A stretch of DNA of 64,000 nt from Podarcis cretensis (lineage: Eukaryota). Of this stretch, positions 38,105-48,214 are shown piece after piece. A program made the translations under genes and the position numbers. The stretch spans positions 39,990,001 to 40,054,000 of the forward strand of contig OX638155.1 in the NCBI GenBank assembly GCA_951804945.1, read 5' to 3'. Each line of letters starts with the position of its first letter. Within the stretch, counting starts at the first letter, position 1. The notes below the pieces were generated by a model. That model worked only from the letters and a program-made list of their open reading frames with translations. It had not been told where the DNA came from and made no database searches.

Positions 38105-39913
38105 TTTTTTTTTTTTAATAATTTTTATTAGATTTTTCACATTTTATAAAGACAATTTCATATCCTTACTTTCTTAACCCCACTCCCTGACTTCCCCCAC
38201 CCCCCCTTCATACATCCCAATTCCCGTAGTTAGCTCAGCAAGTACTTGTCTCTCATCTTTAACATATTGTTATTATTTTTAAACTTAGCTCTTTTTACTT
38301 GGTCAAATTTTACTTATCCAATTCTCTTATAGATATTAAATCCTTTTCTAAGGTCGACCCAAGTTCCCTTCCACGAATTTCCCCCTTTTTACATTAGATA
38401 TAGGTCATAATAACCATACACAAAAATCATGAAAATTTTAAAATTCTGTTCTTCCCTCCCTCCCTACCCCGGTTTCCGTCCCTTCCCAAATAAATGTCCT
38501 CAAAAACAGTTCTAGCCTGGATTCCTCACATCCGAGGCCTTCAAATCTTTGTCAGTCTCTCTCTGCCGATTTTGTTGGTAGCCCTTTTTGTTGATCCTCA
38601 GGTCTCGAAGGAGTTCTGTCACAGTCACATCAAATTTTCTTCCATCCAAAATACTTGAAAGCAACTGCTGCAAAAGGTCAACTGATCTCCCATACTCAAG
38701 GGGGAAGTCCCGATCATATTTCTTCTCTCTTTTAAATTCCAGTATTCCAAGTACTCCGGGGGCTTCCTCCTTCATCTTTCGCATCTTTCGCAGATTTGTA
38801 ATCCAAAGATCTTCTTTATGTTCTAACAATATAGGCTTCTGGTTGGTATTTTCCATCTGTACTTTCTCCACTCCTTCTTCCCTCTCCACCAGTTCCAAAG
38901 ATATCTCTTCTGGTTCAGCTGCCGATTTTTTTCCCAGTCAGGTCCTTTATGCATTCAGCAGAGTTGCTTGTTTTAGAAGTCAAGGTCATAAGTTCTTTGT
39001 TCATAGCCATGCTCTGCTCTTGCAATATTCCCACGAGAAAAAACATTATTTCTATCTCAGCCTGTAATTTTCCATCTGCAGCCATTGTAATGTCTCAAAG
39101 TTCCCCCTAGGGGGATTCTGGTTACTTGTTAATCCTTTTCCAACAATCCGTTACTTTGTTGTTTATTTACTACTTTGTTCCCAACCACTTTAATTCAAAT
39201 GTAACACGTTTAGTCCAGAGAGATATTAAGTAGTAAAATTTTTAACTTTAACTGCCCGTTTGACAGCTCCTTTGACAGCTGTCAAACTCCTTGTTCCTTT
39301 TCCTCAGGCTCACACACAGGACTCTCCCGGGTCCGGGGGGGGGGGTTTACACAAAAGCTTCTAAAATTCCCCTCTTACTCTCCAGCACAAAAACTTCTTC
39401 TGTCAAATTCATGGAATTATTATCTTTTATCTGACACTGAAAAAACAATGATCTCTCCACCTTAGTTCTCCGATCCTTGCTTTAAATCATTTGTAGGTAG
39501 GGGGGGTGCGGACTTCCCTTTAGCACATCCCCCGGTCGTACCGAATTCAATGGTAAAGATTTTAAAGTCCAAATTCCGTTCTACTCACGGGTTGTTTGTT
39601 TTCAAGTCCAAATTTTGGGGAAAAAGTCAGCGCTCTCCGGCCATGGCTCGCGGCTTCGCTCCACTGAAGTAGCGGTCTACTCACAGCACCGCGCCACTCT
39701 CCGTACCCTCTCCGTAGCCTTTAAAAAGGCTCTTCGTGGGTCGGGGAGGGCGCTTAAGGTGCCCGCCGAGTCACCAAGTCCGCAGGCTTCCGCGCCTGCG
39801 GTTTCTGAGGGTCTCCGCGTCGCCGTCGCGGCAAGACCCATCTCCAGCTGAGCCGATTCCCTCCAGAGCTTGGAGGGAATCCGCCATTAGCTGATCGCGC
39901 TAACCCGGAAGTC
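38105..39913 (-). mobile_element. short (~1.8 kb) non-autonomous L1-type retroelement (HAL1-like), complete
   Basis: 5' end GACTTCCGG with CpG-rich leader, frameshifted ORF ~39085-38512, G-rich 3' UTR, AATAAA and poly(A). 17-18 bp TSD (C)CTGGGATGGATTTTTCC at 38087-38104 and 39913-39930. Confidence 0.85.
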
Positions 39914-41449
39914 CTGGGATGGATTTTTCCAAATCTCACATCCTTTTTGTTCTGTGGTGTCTCCTGTTCAAGCTGGTTCCCCCTTTCTCTAGACTTAGTT
40001 CCTTCTCTGTCCCACTTCCCTTTCTCTTAGGTCTACAACAGGGGTACCCAATATGCTGCCCCTCAAATGTTGCTGGACCTCAACTTCCATCAGCTCCATG
40101 TAGCACAAGTATTGGCTAAGAATAATGGGAGTTATAGACATTAACACCTGGAGGGCACAACACTGGCTATCCACCTATCCCAGCTCTATATCTTTGGTGG
40201 TTTCTAGCCTGCCTAGAAAATGGAAACCTAAAGACTAACGAGTAAATTGCACAGTCTTTGTACTTTGGTGTGTTGAGGGCTGGATATTCTGTTGTTTTTC
40301 TGGTGTACCTTTAAAGCCAGCCTGACTTAAACCCCACAAACCATTCCAACAGCAACAACTGGATCCTCGAACACTTAGACTTGCATGCCATCCTTTGCAT
40401 TTGGTGAGAGGGATAAATGCCTCTATGTAAATGCAGAATTCCACCCCCACCCCCCAGTATTGTACTGACAGTCAGCCCAAAGCTCCTGTGATAGCATCTG
40501 GCACTGTTGAGCACTGACACCGCTCATTTTACAAATTAAGCACTGGCAACACATCCAAAGAAGATAAATGATCTTCTGTTCATGCTACATTATCTTGTCG
40601 TTTTATTTTATTTTTTCCCATAAGATGTGGTCCTGGTCTGGGCTACCAAAAAGAAGCAATTCAAAACAAACTCTAAACACACGAGAGGAATTTATTTGAT
40701 CAGTGTCCTGATCCACTCTAACTCTATTGCTTCTTAATAGTGTTACGATCATCCAGATATAGCAGTCTTATAGGCTGCTATAGATATGCTTTCATGAATA
40801 TTCTGGTGATTTACAATGCAAGCTATTGTCTGAAATCATGAATATCACATATAACCATAGCAGATCATGCACAAAAAGCCAATGTGGATGCATCCTATAA
40901 AATTCTGTTTGGCTGACCCACTGCAAAAACCCCTGACTTTTGGCAGACTGCTAAAGCAATTATCTTCAAATATTCATTGAAAAATAAGTGCTTTTTTATA
41001 GCTATAATAATATTCCTTTGATGCTTATTTGTACTATTATTGTGTGAAGTATAAATATAATTAATAACATGTTTAATGCAGAAATCATGACCGGGTAATT
41101 GATATTTTATGCAGAAAAGAATGCTGATAATAAATTCAATTAAAGCTCCCTTCTGCTATGAGTTGTGTCAGGTGGCATCATGTGTAGAAAAGGGTCCCAC
41201 CACTGGCTCCACCTCCAAAATTATGCAGCTTTTAGGCTCCACTGCAATGTTCACACATTAGGTGTAGAACTCTGTAGAATGTGCAGGTTTCTAGCTTGGA
41301 TGCAGGTCTCTGTATAGGCACTTTCTCCATAAGAGAGCCCCATCTAAAATGTGGAAGTCAGGGATGAGAATGAAATGCGGGAGAAGTATTTGCTACAGCT
41401 CAAACTACCCCTTGCCGAAATGCTTGAATTAAGTAACTAAGCATCATAC

Positions 41450-41659
41450 CTTATTTCCCCCCAGCAGTTCACTGTATGGTATCTTGAGATCTCCACACAG
41501 ATGAATTGCAGGCCATTTACTTTTTCTGTCCAGAAGATCTTGAAGATCCTTCATCTTGGCCTTTAATCTTCTGTTGTCTATACCCAGTTCTTGATTTTCT
41601 ATTTCAAGGTTTTTTCTTCTTTCCCATACTGATGTACTTTCAGGCTGTGGTATTTCCGT
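41450..41659 (-). CDS. CCDC102B: CCDC102B coding exon 5 (210 nt; TEIPQPESTSVWERRKNLEIENQELGIDNRRLKAKMKDLQDLLDRK...LLGGNK)
   Basis: CTCTTCCATTTTCCAG| acceptor, AAG|GTATGA donor, 70 codons, phase 0/0. TSxW..R..LE...L...NRRLK motif present. Confidence 0.92.
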
Positions 41660-42588
41660 CTGGAAAATGGAAGAGGAGGGTGGCAGAATCTGTGAAGACA
41701 AGAACCCTTTTCCTGGAAAAGACACACAGCTGTAGGCAAATTAAACTTGTGGGCCCATGCAACTATTATGCAGGCAAATTAATCCAGGGTTCTTAATATG
41801 CTTGAGATTTCAAACAGCTATGACATACAGAACAGCTCCCAGGATTCTGCTGGGATTTATGCATGGAGCTCCTAGCTCCTTATATACTGTTACATGTCTT
41901 TATGCTATATGGTTTATTTATACATATATATAACCTGACGCTACAGTGAGGGCTTCAAAGCATTACACTGCAAGAGAATCCCATCTCGCCCACTGCTGCA
42001 GTCTCCCAATTCAAAGCAGGTACCGTAGTCCACATTGTGCTCTGGCCCCACTCTCTCACTTGCTTTTAACAAACCGATACCTTTTCCCCTTGATCATGCC
42101 ACAGGAAGCTGAAATCCTAAAACTTCCTCCTAACAAAATTTCTAGCCTTGTCTACTGACTACCAATCTCAGAGCTCAGGGTGGAGCTCCACCCATTTGCG
42201 CAGAGAGTCTTTGCTTTGCTGATGGCCCATCTCCTTGTCTTTGTTCTCTGTTAATGTCCTATCTGTCAGGTGATCTCCTAACAAGGGAAGATGAATCCAG
42301 CTACTAAGAGTCTGACTTCCAGTTTAACTCAACAAGCATTAAATAAATTCTAACACCTATTAAATCCATAAATTATAGGTGTCTTGAACCCACAAACTCA
42401 TAACAATACAGAGAGACATACATACTGTCTTTTCGTAACTTGGTATCATCTGATGGGTCATACAGATGAAAAGAAGCAGTATCTGAAGCCAGGTTTATTG
42501 ATTTCTTAGACTAACTTGCATTTTTCATTGTTCGTACTATCAGCACAAAAGTATAGAAGATGTAAACTCTGGCCAAACCCAGGATATT

Positions 42589-42598
42589 TATCTATCTA

Positions 42599-42650
<52 letters not shown>

Positions 42651-42654
42651 ATCT
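42589..42654. repeat. (ATCT)n microsatellite
   Basis: Read directly. Confidence 0.95.
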
Positions 42655-43799
42655 GTCCCTGCCTTTCCAATATATTTTTCGATGAAGACTAGTATGGTGG
42701 CAAAGAGTAACCATTTAAAAAACAACAACCTATTGCTCACTAGTTATGGCTAGTCGAAGACATACATGGAGATGTTAGGAAACAAGTTAGGAAATGAAAA
42801 ACAGTCTTGTCAGCTGATTAGTCCATGTGATCTGTGGATCCTTTGAAAATATAAGTACTGCAACACGAGGAGTACTCAGATGAAGCTTCTCACACCTTAA
42901 AAACATTTCAGAGGGACATTGCAGCTAGCGATGGACAACTGCCATTTTTGATTTTCCTCATTTTCTCATTTTTCCAATCTCATTTTTTGCAACACTTTAT
43001 AATATTTTTTTTCTTAAAGTCCTTACGGAAATTCACCAGCATTTCTTTTAATATATTCATTTTTATGCAATGTTACCTAATGCACATATTTTTACAAGCA
43101 ATGTCCCTATTTTCGGTGTTATTTTCACTAATATATATGTGCTTTGTGCATATTTTGGGGTTGGAGAACTGAATTGCATAATTTGGAGAAGTGTGGATTT
43201 TGAAGGCTAATGATTGAAGCTGGAAGACTGCTTTTCATAAAAAGCAAACAGAACTAGCAGGCAAATGTTACCAACATCTGCTGTAGAATGTTTAGTTCGG
43301 TCCTCAATTTCCATCCTAAGCAATTCATCTTTCTGCAATGCTGACTAATCAATGTAATTTTTATTCTTCACTGGGTTCAGGAAAGGAAAGAAATTACAAA
43401 AGCACCCAAGAGTGAATCCCAGCCAAACTATTAGGCAGGTAGGACTGCCTGACACATAGATATGGGGTAAAAGGCAAGTATATTTATCCTGGACATCTGA
43501 GAAATTTCAGTTCACATATCCAAAAAATTTACTTGAATAAAAAGATTTTTTTCTACTAAATGGATTTTTTCTATTAAATGGATTGCTTTTCTTCAGTTTG
43601 AAGACTGCATTGCAATAAAGTAAATACCTAAAATAATGCGGAGACTACATCTTTGTGTAGTCCCCACAGAACAAAACACACAGAACACACAAAGATTGGC
43701 CTAGTATTTGTGTATAAGCTTTGATATGATACAGAACTCTTTCCAAGGCTATATGTTTGGGAACATTTCGAAATGTTCCAAAGACATGTTCTACTTATC

Positions 43800-43934
43800 C
43801 AGGCTTCCTCAACTCAGCCGTCCAGATGTTTTTGGCCTACAACTCCCATGATCCCTAGGTAGCAGGACCAGTGGTCAGGGATGATGGGAATTGTTATCTC
43901 AAAACATCTGGAGGGCCGAGGTTGAGGAAGCCTG
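43800..43934. mobile_element. palindromic hAT MITE (ACTACAACTCCC-type)
   Basis: TIRs CAGGCTTCCTCAAC / GTTGAGGAAGCCTG; 8-bp TSD TACTTATC. Confidence 0.92.
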
Positions 43935-44223
43935 TACTTATCTATTACATTAAGGCTTTTCTTCATTTTTTGATTGGAGAGAGGACATTTTACTTATTAT
44001 TGTTGCGGAGGCATGGTTCTTCAGACCGTAAAATGATGCCTGCTAATAATGATTTAATAGAAATGTTGTGATTAATACACAACAGCTTGCTTACCTTTTT
44101 ATATTTCCAAGTACTTTCCCCCCAGGCAAGCTCATTCCTAATATCTGAGGGGAATAATGCCTTGGGGGAGTTGGGAGAGACTAAGATTTCATTCAGAAGT
44201 GGGGAATATTGTATTAGCATCTT

Positions 44224-44703
44224 CATAGAATCATAGAATCATAGAGTTGGAAGAGACCACAAGGGCCATCGAGTCCAACCCCCTGCCAAGCAGGAAACAC
44301 CATCAGAGCACTCCTGATATATGGTTGTCAAGCCTCTGCTTAAAGACCTCCAAAGAAGGAGACTCCACCACACTCCTTGGCAGCAAATTCCACTGTCGAA
44401 CAGCTCTTACTGTCAGGAAGTTCTTCCTAATGTTTAGGTGGAATCTTCTTTCTTGTAGTTTGGATCCATTGCTCCATGTCCGCTTCTCTGGAGCAGCAGA
44501 AAACAACCTTTCTCCTTCCCCTATGTGACATCCTTTTATATATTTGAACATGGCTATCATATCACCCCTTAACCTCCTCTTCTCCAGGCCAAACATGCCC
44601 AGCTCCCTCAGCCGTTCCTCATAAGGCATCGCTTCCAGGCCCTTGACCATCTTGGTTGCCCTCCTCTGGACACGTTCCAGTTTGTCAGTGTCCTTCTTGA
44701 ACA
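44224..44703 (-). mobile_element. 5'-truncated CR1 LINE, young
   Basis: Uninterrupted ORF2 end (LERVQRRATKMVKGLE...YEERLRELG.F.LEKRRLRGDMI...WNLLP...FKQRLD) and (ATTCTATG)n tail. CATCTTCAT occurs at both flanks (44218, 44704), a probable TSD. Confidence 0.95.
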
Positions 44704-45117
44704 CATCTTCATTTTGCTTTCATTTCAACCTGCAGTAGTGGTTGCTTTCTGGAACTATGGCTTTCTGACCAATATACTAGCACATCATGCTAAATTTCAG
44801 TCACACCTATGAGTGTGCTGTGACACACAACAAATGTCATTGGGCAATGTTGCTACTCTCTCACCCTTTCCATATGTGTGTGCTTCTTTTCCCTGTATGC
44901 TTTCTCCCATAAAATAGGCAGGAAAGAACTGTATGCTTGTCTACTCCCCCTAATTTTGTCACTTTACCCCCGTAGTTTTCTGGGTTAATGGATTTGCAAA
45001 TATTTTTTTTTCCCTGGAAGCAATTAACACGGAAATGAGCTCTCAACTTCCTCTAGATTCCCAGAAGTGGGATTTACATTGTGTGAAAGCTCAAATATAA
45101 TGTGGAAATTAAGAGTT

Positions 45118-45258
45118 AGGGCATGCACCCCCAAACTCGGCCCTTCAGATGTTTTGGGACTACAACTCCCATCATCCCTAGCTAACAGGACCAGTGGTCA
45201 GGGATGATGGGAATTGTAGTCCCAAAACATCTGGAGGGCCGAGTTTGGGGATGCCCCA
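45118..45258. mobile_element. palindromic hAT MITE related to 43800
   Basis: Long arms CCCCAAACTCGGCCC..CAGATGTTTTGGGACTACAACTCCCATCATCCC with their inverse. Degenerate relatives lie at ~31465-31585, ~40040-40170, ~51955-52065 and ~53236-53370. Confidence 0.85.
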
Positions 45259-45299
45259 AATAAATTGCTGTGTGAACGCAACCTAGGAACAGAAGGTGG

Positions 45300-45490
45300 T
45301 GGGAGAAACATAGGAAACTGCCTCTTAGTGAGTTTGACCATTGGTTCATCTAGCTCAGTAATGCCTACCTTGATTGTCAATGGCTCTCCAAAGTTTTAGA
45401 CTGGGGCCCCTCTCAGCTGTACCTGAAGTTGCCTAGAACCCTCTTGCAAACAAAGCAGATGCTCTATCACTGAGCTATGACCATTCCCCA
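45300..45490 (-). mobile_element. old tRNA-derived squamate SINE (Squam-type) with CR1-like tail
   Basis: Reverse-complement head (ATAGCTCAGTGATAGAGCATCTGC) and tail (AGATGAACCAATGGTCAAACTCA...CAGTTTCCTATG). A similar head lies at ~23645-23710. Confidence 0.6.
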
Positions 45491-46393
45491 AAGGAAAGGT
45501 TCCATTCTCCTCATCCATGTGCCCCTTTTGTTCTAAAATTGTCTCTTGCTTTATACATAATTAGGGCAGTTTTTAAACAAATGACTCTGCAATTGTCATG
45601 CATGCTTTGAACCATAACCACTTGTGGGAACAACACTTGTGTGTGTATATGTGTGTGAATATATATATATATTCTTTTTACTACTTTACATCATACAGAA
45701 GCCTATTCACAGCAGAGGAGGTTTGTTATTATCAATTTACTATGTTTCTGGGGGAAATTTTACTCTGATAACCCTTACTGAAAAGTCCATTTTTAATGCT
45801 CACCCTCTTTTTCTTCATAAACAAGCAACCCAAAAATGACCTAAAGACTTCCTACACCAGGGGGTCATGAATCCTTGTTAAAGACAACAGAGCGATGCCT
45901 CAGGCTATCCTGAACAACTACTGGCAAAACAGCTGTTTTAAATTTAAAGAGCTCAACAAGGACAAAATAAAATCAATACAAGACTATTAGTGTTCAAAAG
46001 AGCTATGCTACAATTGCACAGGTTTTAAATGAGAGGAGAGCAGTCATATATGGTTTGCAGTGGGAAGCTACTTTGAAACAATAGTTTCTGAGGTATCCTG
46101 ACTATACATTGATGACAGGTTGCATAGAGCAAATGACATCCAGAGAGTATTTTAATACCATTATGCCCTTGATAAGCACATCGGATCATCCACACTACTC
46201 ATTTTATCTCATGTTTTGTCTCCCTTAAGACTTTTCCACCAGCCTGTTACCAGTTTCCCATTTCCAGGTCCATAAACACGCAAGCAAGCTTTTGGCAGTA
46301 AACTAATACAATGGTTTCATCATGTTAAAATGTCTGAAAACAGCTGCTGTTGAAAATATACTGTCTGGGATGCCCAGTTGTGATCCTGTAAAT

Positions 46394-46585
46394 CAGGCAT
46401 GTCCAACAGGTAGATTGTGATCTACTGGCAGATCGCGGGGTGCTCCTGGTAGATCTCTGGCCCCTCAGCAATCTCCCCCCCCCCAAGAAAAAGCTCAGTA
46501 ACAATGATCTGACAATGGGTAGATCACTGCCAGTTTTTTTTATACTGTGAGTAGATCGTAGTCTATTGGGAGTTGGATGTCCCTG
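46394..46585. mobile_element. hAT (Charlie-like) MITE, same family as 28132 in opposite orientation
   Basis: TIRs CAGGCATGTCCAAC / GTTGGATGTCCCTG; 8-bp TSD CTGTAAAT; shared GTAGATC/GATCTAC subterminal motifs. Confidence 0.92.
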
Positions 46586-47090
46586 CTGTAAATGAATGCT
46601 ACTATTCCATTGTAGGCTCCAGCTTACAGAAGGGCAAAGTCTTACCTATTATCCCATCCCTACTGTCCTAGACACCAACTCCCATGCCGCTTGAAATGGT
46701 CTCCCATTCTTGTTCAGAAGGCACAAGTGATCTACAGGGGGGACTGGCAAAAAAACACCTTCCTTCAGAAACTGTTTTCTGTGGCAACAGTGAGAGTTTT
46801 TTCTGTCTTGTTTCTCCATACAGCAGTGCAATGGGTGTAATTTTCATCAGGATCAGTTAAAGGCAAGGGAAACATATTAAACCTCCCTTTTCTCCATACT
46901 GTCATCCTGATGAAAATCATGCCTTGCTGCCTCCCTGTGTGGGGTTTATACACAGTGTGCTGTGGTTGGGTGCTGTCTGTTGGGTGCTTTTTCACATTAG
47001 TGAAAAAGTGAGGGAGAGGAAATACTTTTAATTTTCTATGAAGATACACTTCATAGAAAGAGAGATAAGGATTTGTGGCCAAAGATATTA

Positions 47091-47355
47091 CCATATTTTT
47101 TCGTGTATAGCACGCCACTGTGTATAAGACGCCCCCTATTTTGGGGGACGCAAAATTTAGAAAATGTGGGGAGATTGCCCTGAGTTGTTGAGCTTTTTTT
47201 GCGGGGTGGCGGCCCAGAGTTGTCCAGCTTTTTTTAGGGGGGGTGCTAGAAAATGCACGTATCGCAAAAGCCACCTATCCATGTATAAGATGAGCCCAAA
47301 TTTTTAACATAGTTTTTAAGTAAGAAAGCATAATCTTATACACGGAAAAGTCCGG
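47091..47355. mobile_element. Tc2/pogo-like MITE
   Basis: Degenerate TIRs CCATATTTTTTCGTGTATA ... TATACACGGAAAAGTCCGG with TA flanks; same TIR class as 56152-57533. Confidence 0.8.
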
Positions 47356-48097
47356 TAAATTTGTCTTTTAGAAATTCCATAGTGAAAACTGTATCTTTAA
47401 TGATTAGGAGTTCATGGTGTCCTAAATGACAAACTTTTCTCTCTTTTGTGAATGCTCTTACAATAACATGCTTGTGCAGAACTCTATTTTGTAGGGGGGG
47501 GGGGGACATTTTCTATATGAGTGTATTCAAGAACTCACACCTAATCTTAATCTCACAAAACTAAGAGTCCTACCTGAACTTCTCTACTCTCAAATAGTCA
47601 TTTTAAAGTTTACACAAAGAAACTAAGGAGGGAAAATGGGTCTCTCAAATTGATTCATCCAAAGAACTTGTACATGGCCCTTCAGTCATGTATATATAAA
47701 TCATTCTCCACTCTACCTTTTTAAAACCCCTTTTGTAGCAAACTATTCAAAGACAGAATTTGTTGTTCTCCTTTCCCTCCCTTAATATCAACATTTATTC
47801 TAACTCTTCATTTTCTCCAGATTCCCAAAGACAAAAATAACTGAATTTATGAAAATGTTTTTTAAAAACTATTCAACCAATAGTTTTCCAACCAAGATGT
47901 ACTGAATGTGCTCTTCCAATATGTTTTTTCAGACTCCTAATAGTCTCCCATAGAAACCTTCACCCCGATATAAATACTAATTACATCTAGGGTCCCATGT
48001 GTTCTGCATATATTTAGGAAAGCATATTTAAAATAATTCTAAGGGATCTATAAACTTTTGTTGTGTAAACACACACTTCAGAAATATCTAAACATAC

Positions 48098-48214
48098 CTC
48101 TGCTTGCAAGTCCCAGATCTTCACAGGGTTCTGAGATTTGGGTCCAGTGTCTTCCTCTAAACTTTCTGTGATTCTTGTTACTTTAGTCTGATGTACATCA
48201 TTATGTATACTAAA
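48098..48214 (-). CDS. CCDC102B: CCDC102B coding exon 4 (117 nt; FSIHNDVHQTKVTRITESLEEDTGPKSQNPVKIWDLQAE)
   Basis: TTCTATTTTTCAG| acceptor, GAG|GTATGT donor, 39 open codons, phase 0/0. Ends IWDLQAE, compared with recalled human ICELRAE. Confidence 0.85.

Noticed and set aside
43760-43779. Palindrome as a heat-shock or glucocorticoid response element
   Set aside because: GAA/TTC spacing is 3-0-3 rather than 2-2-2, and the GGAACA half-sites are 8 nt apart rather than 3.
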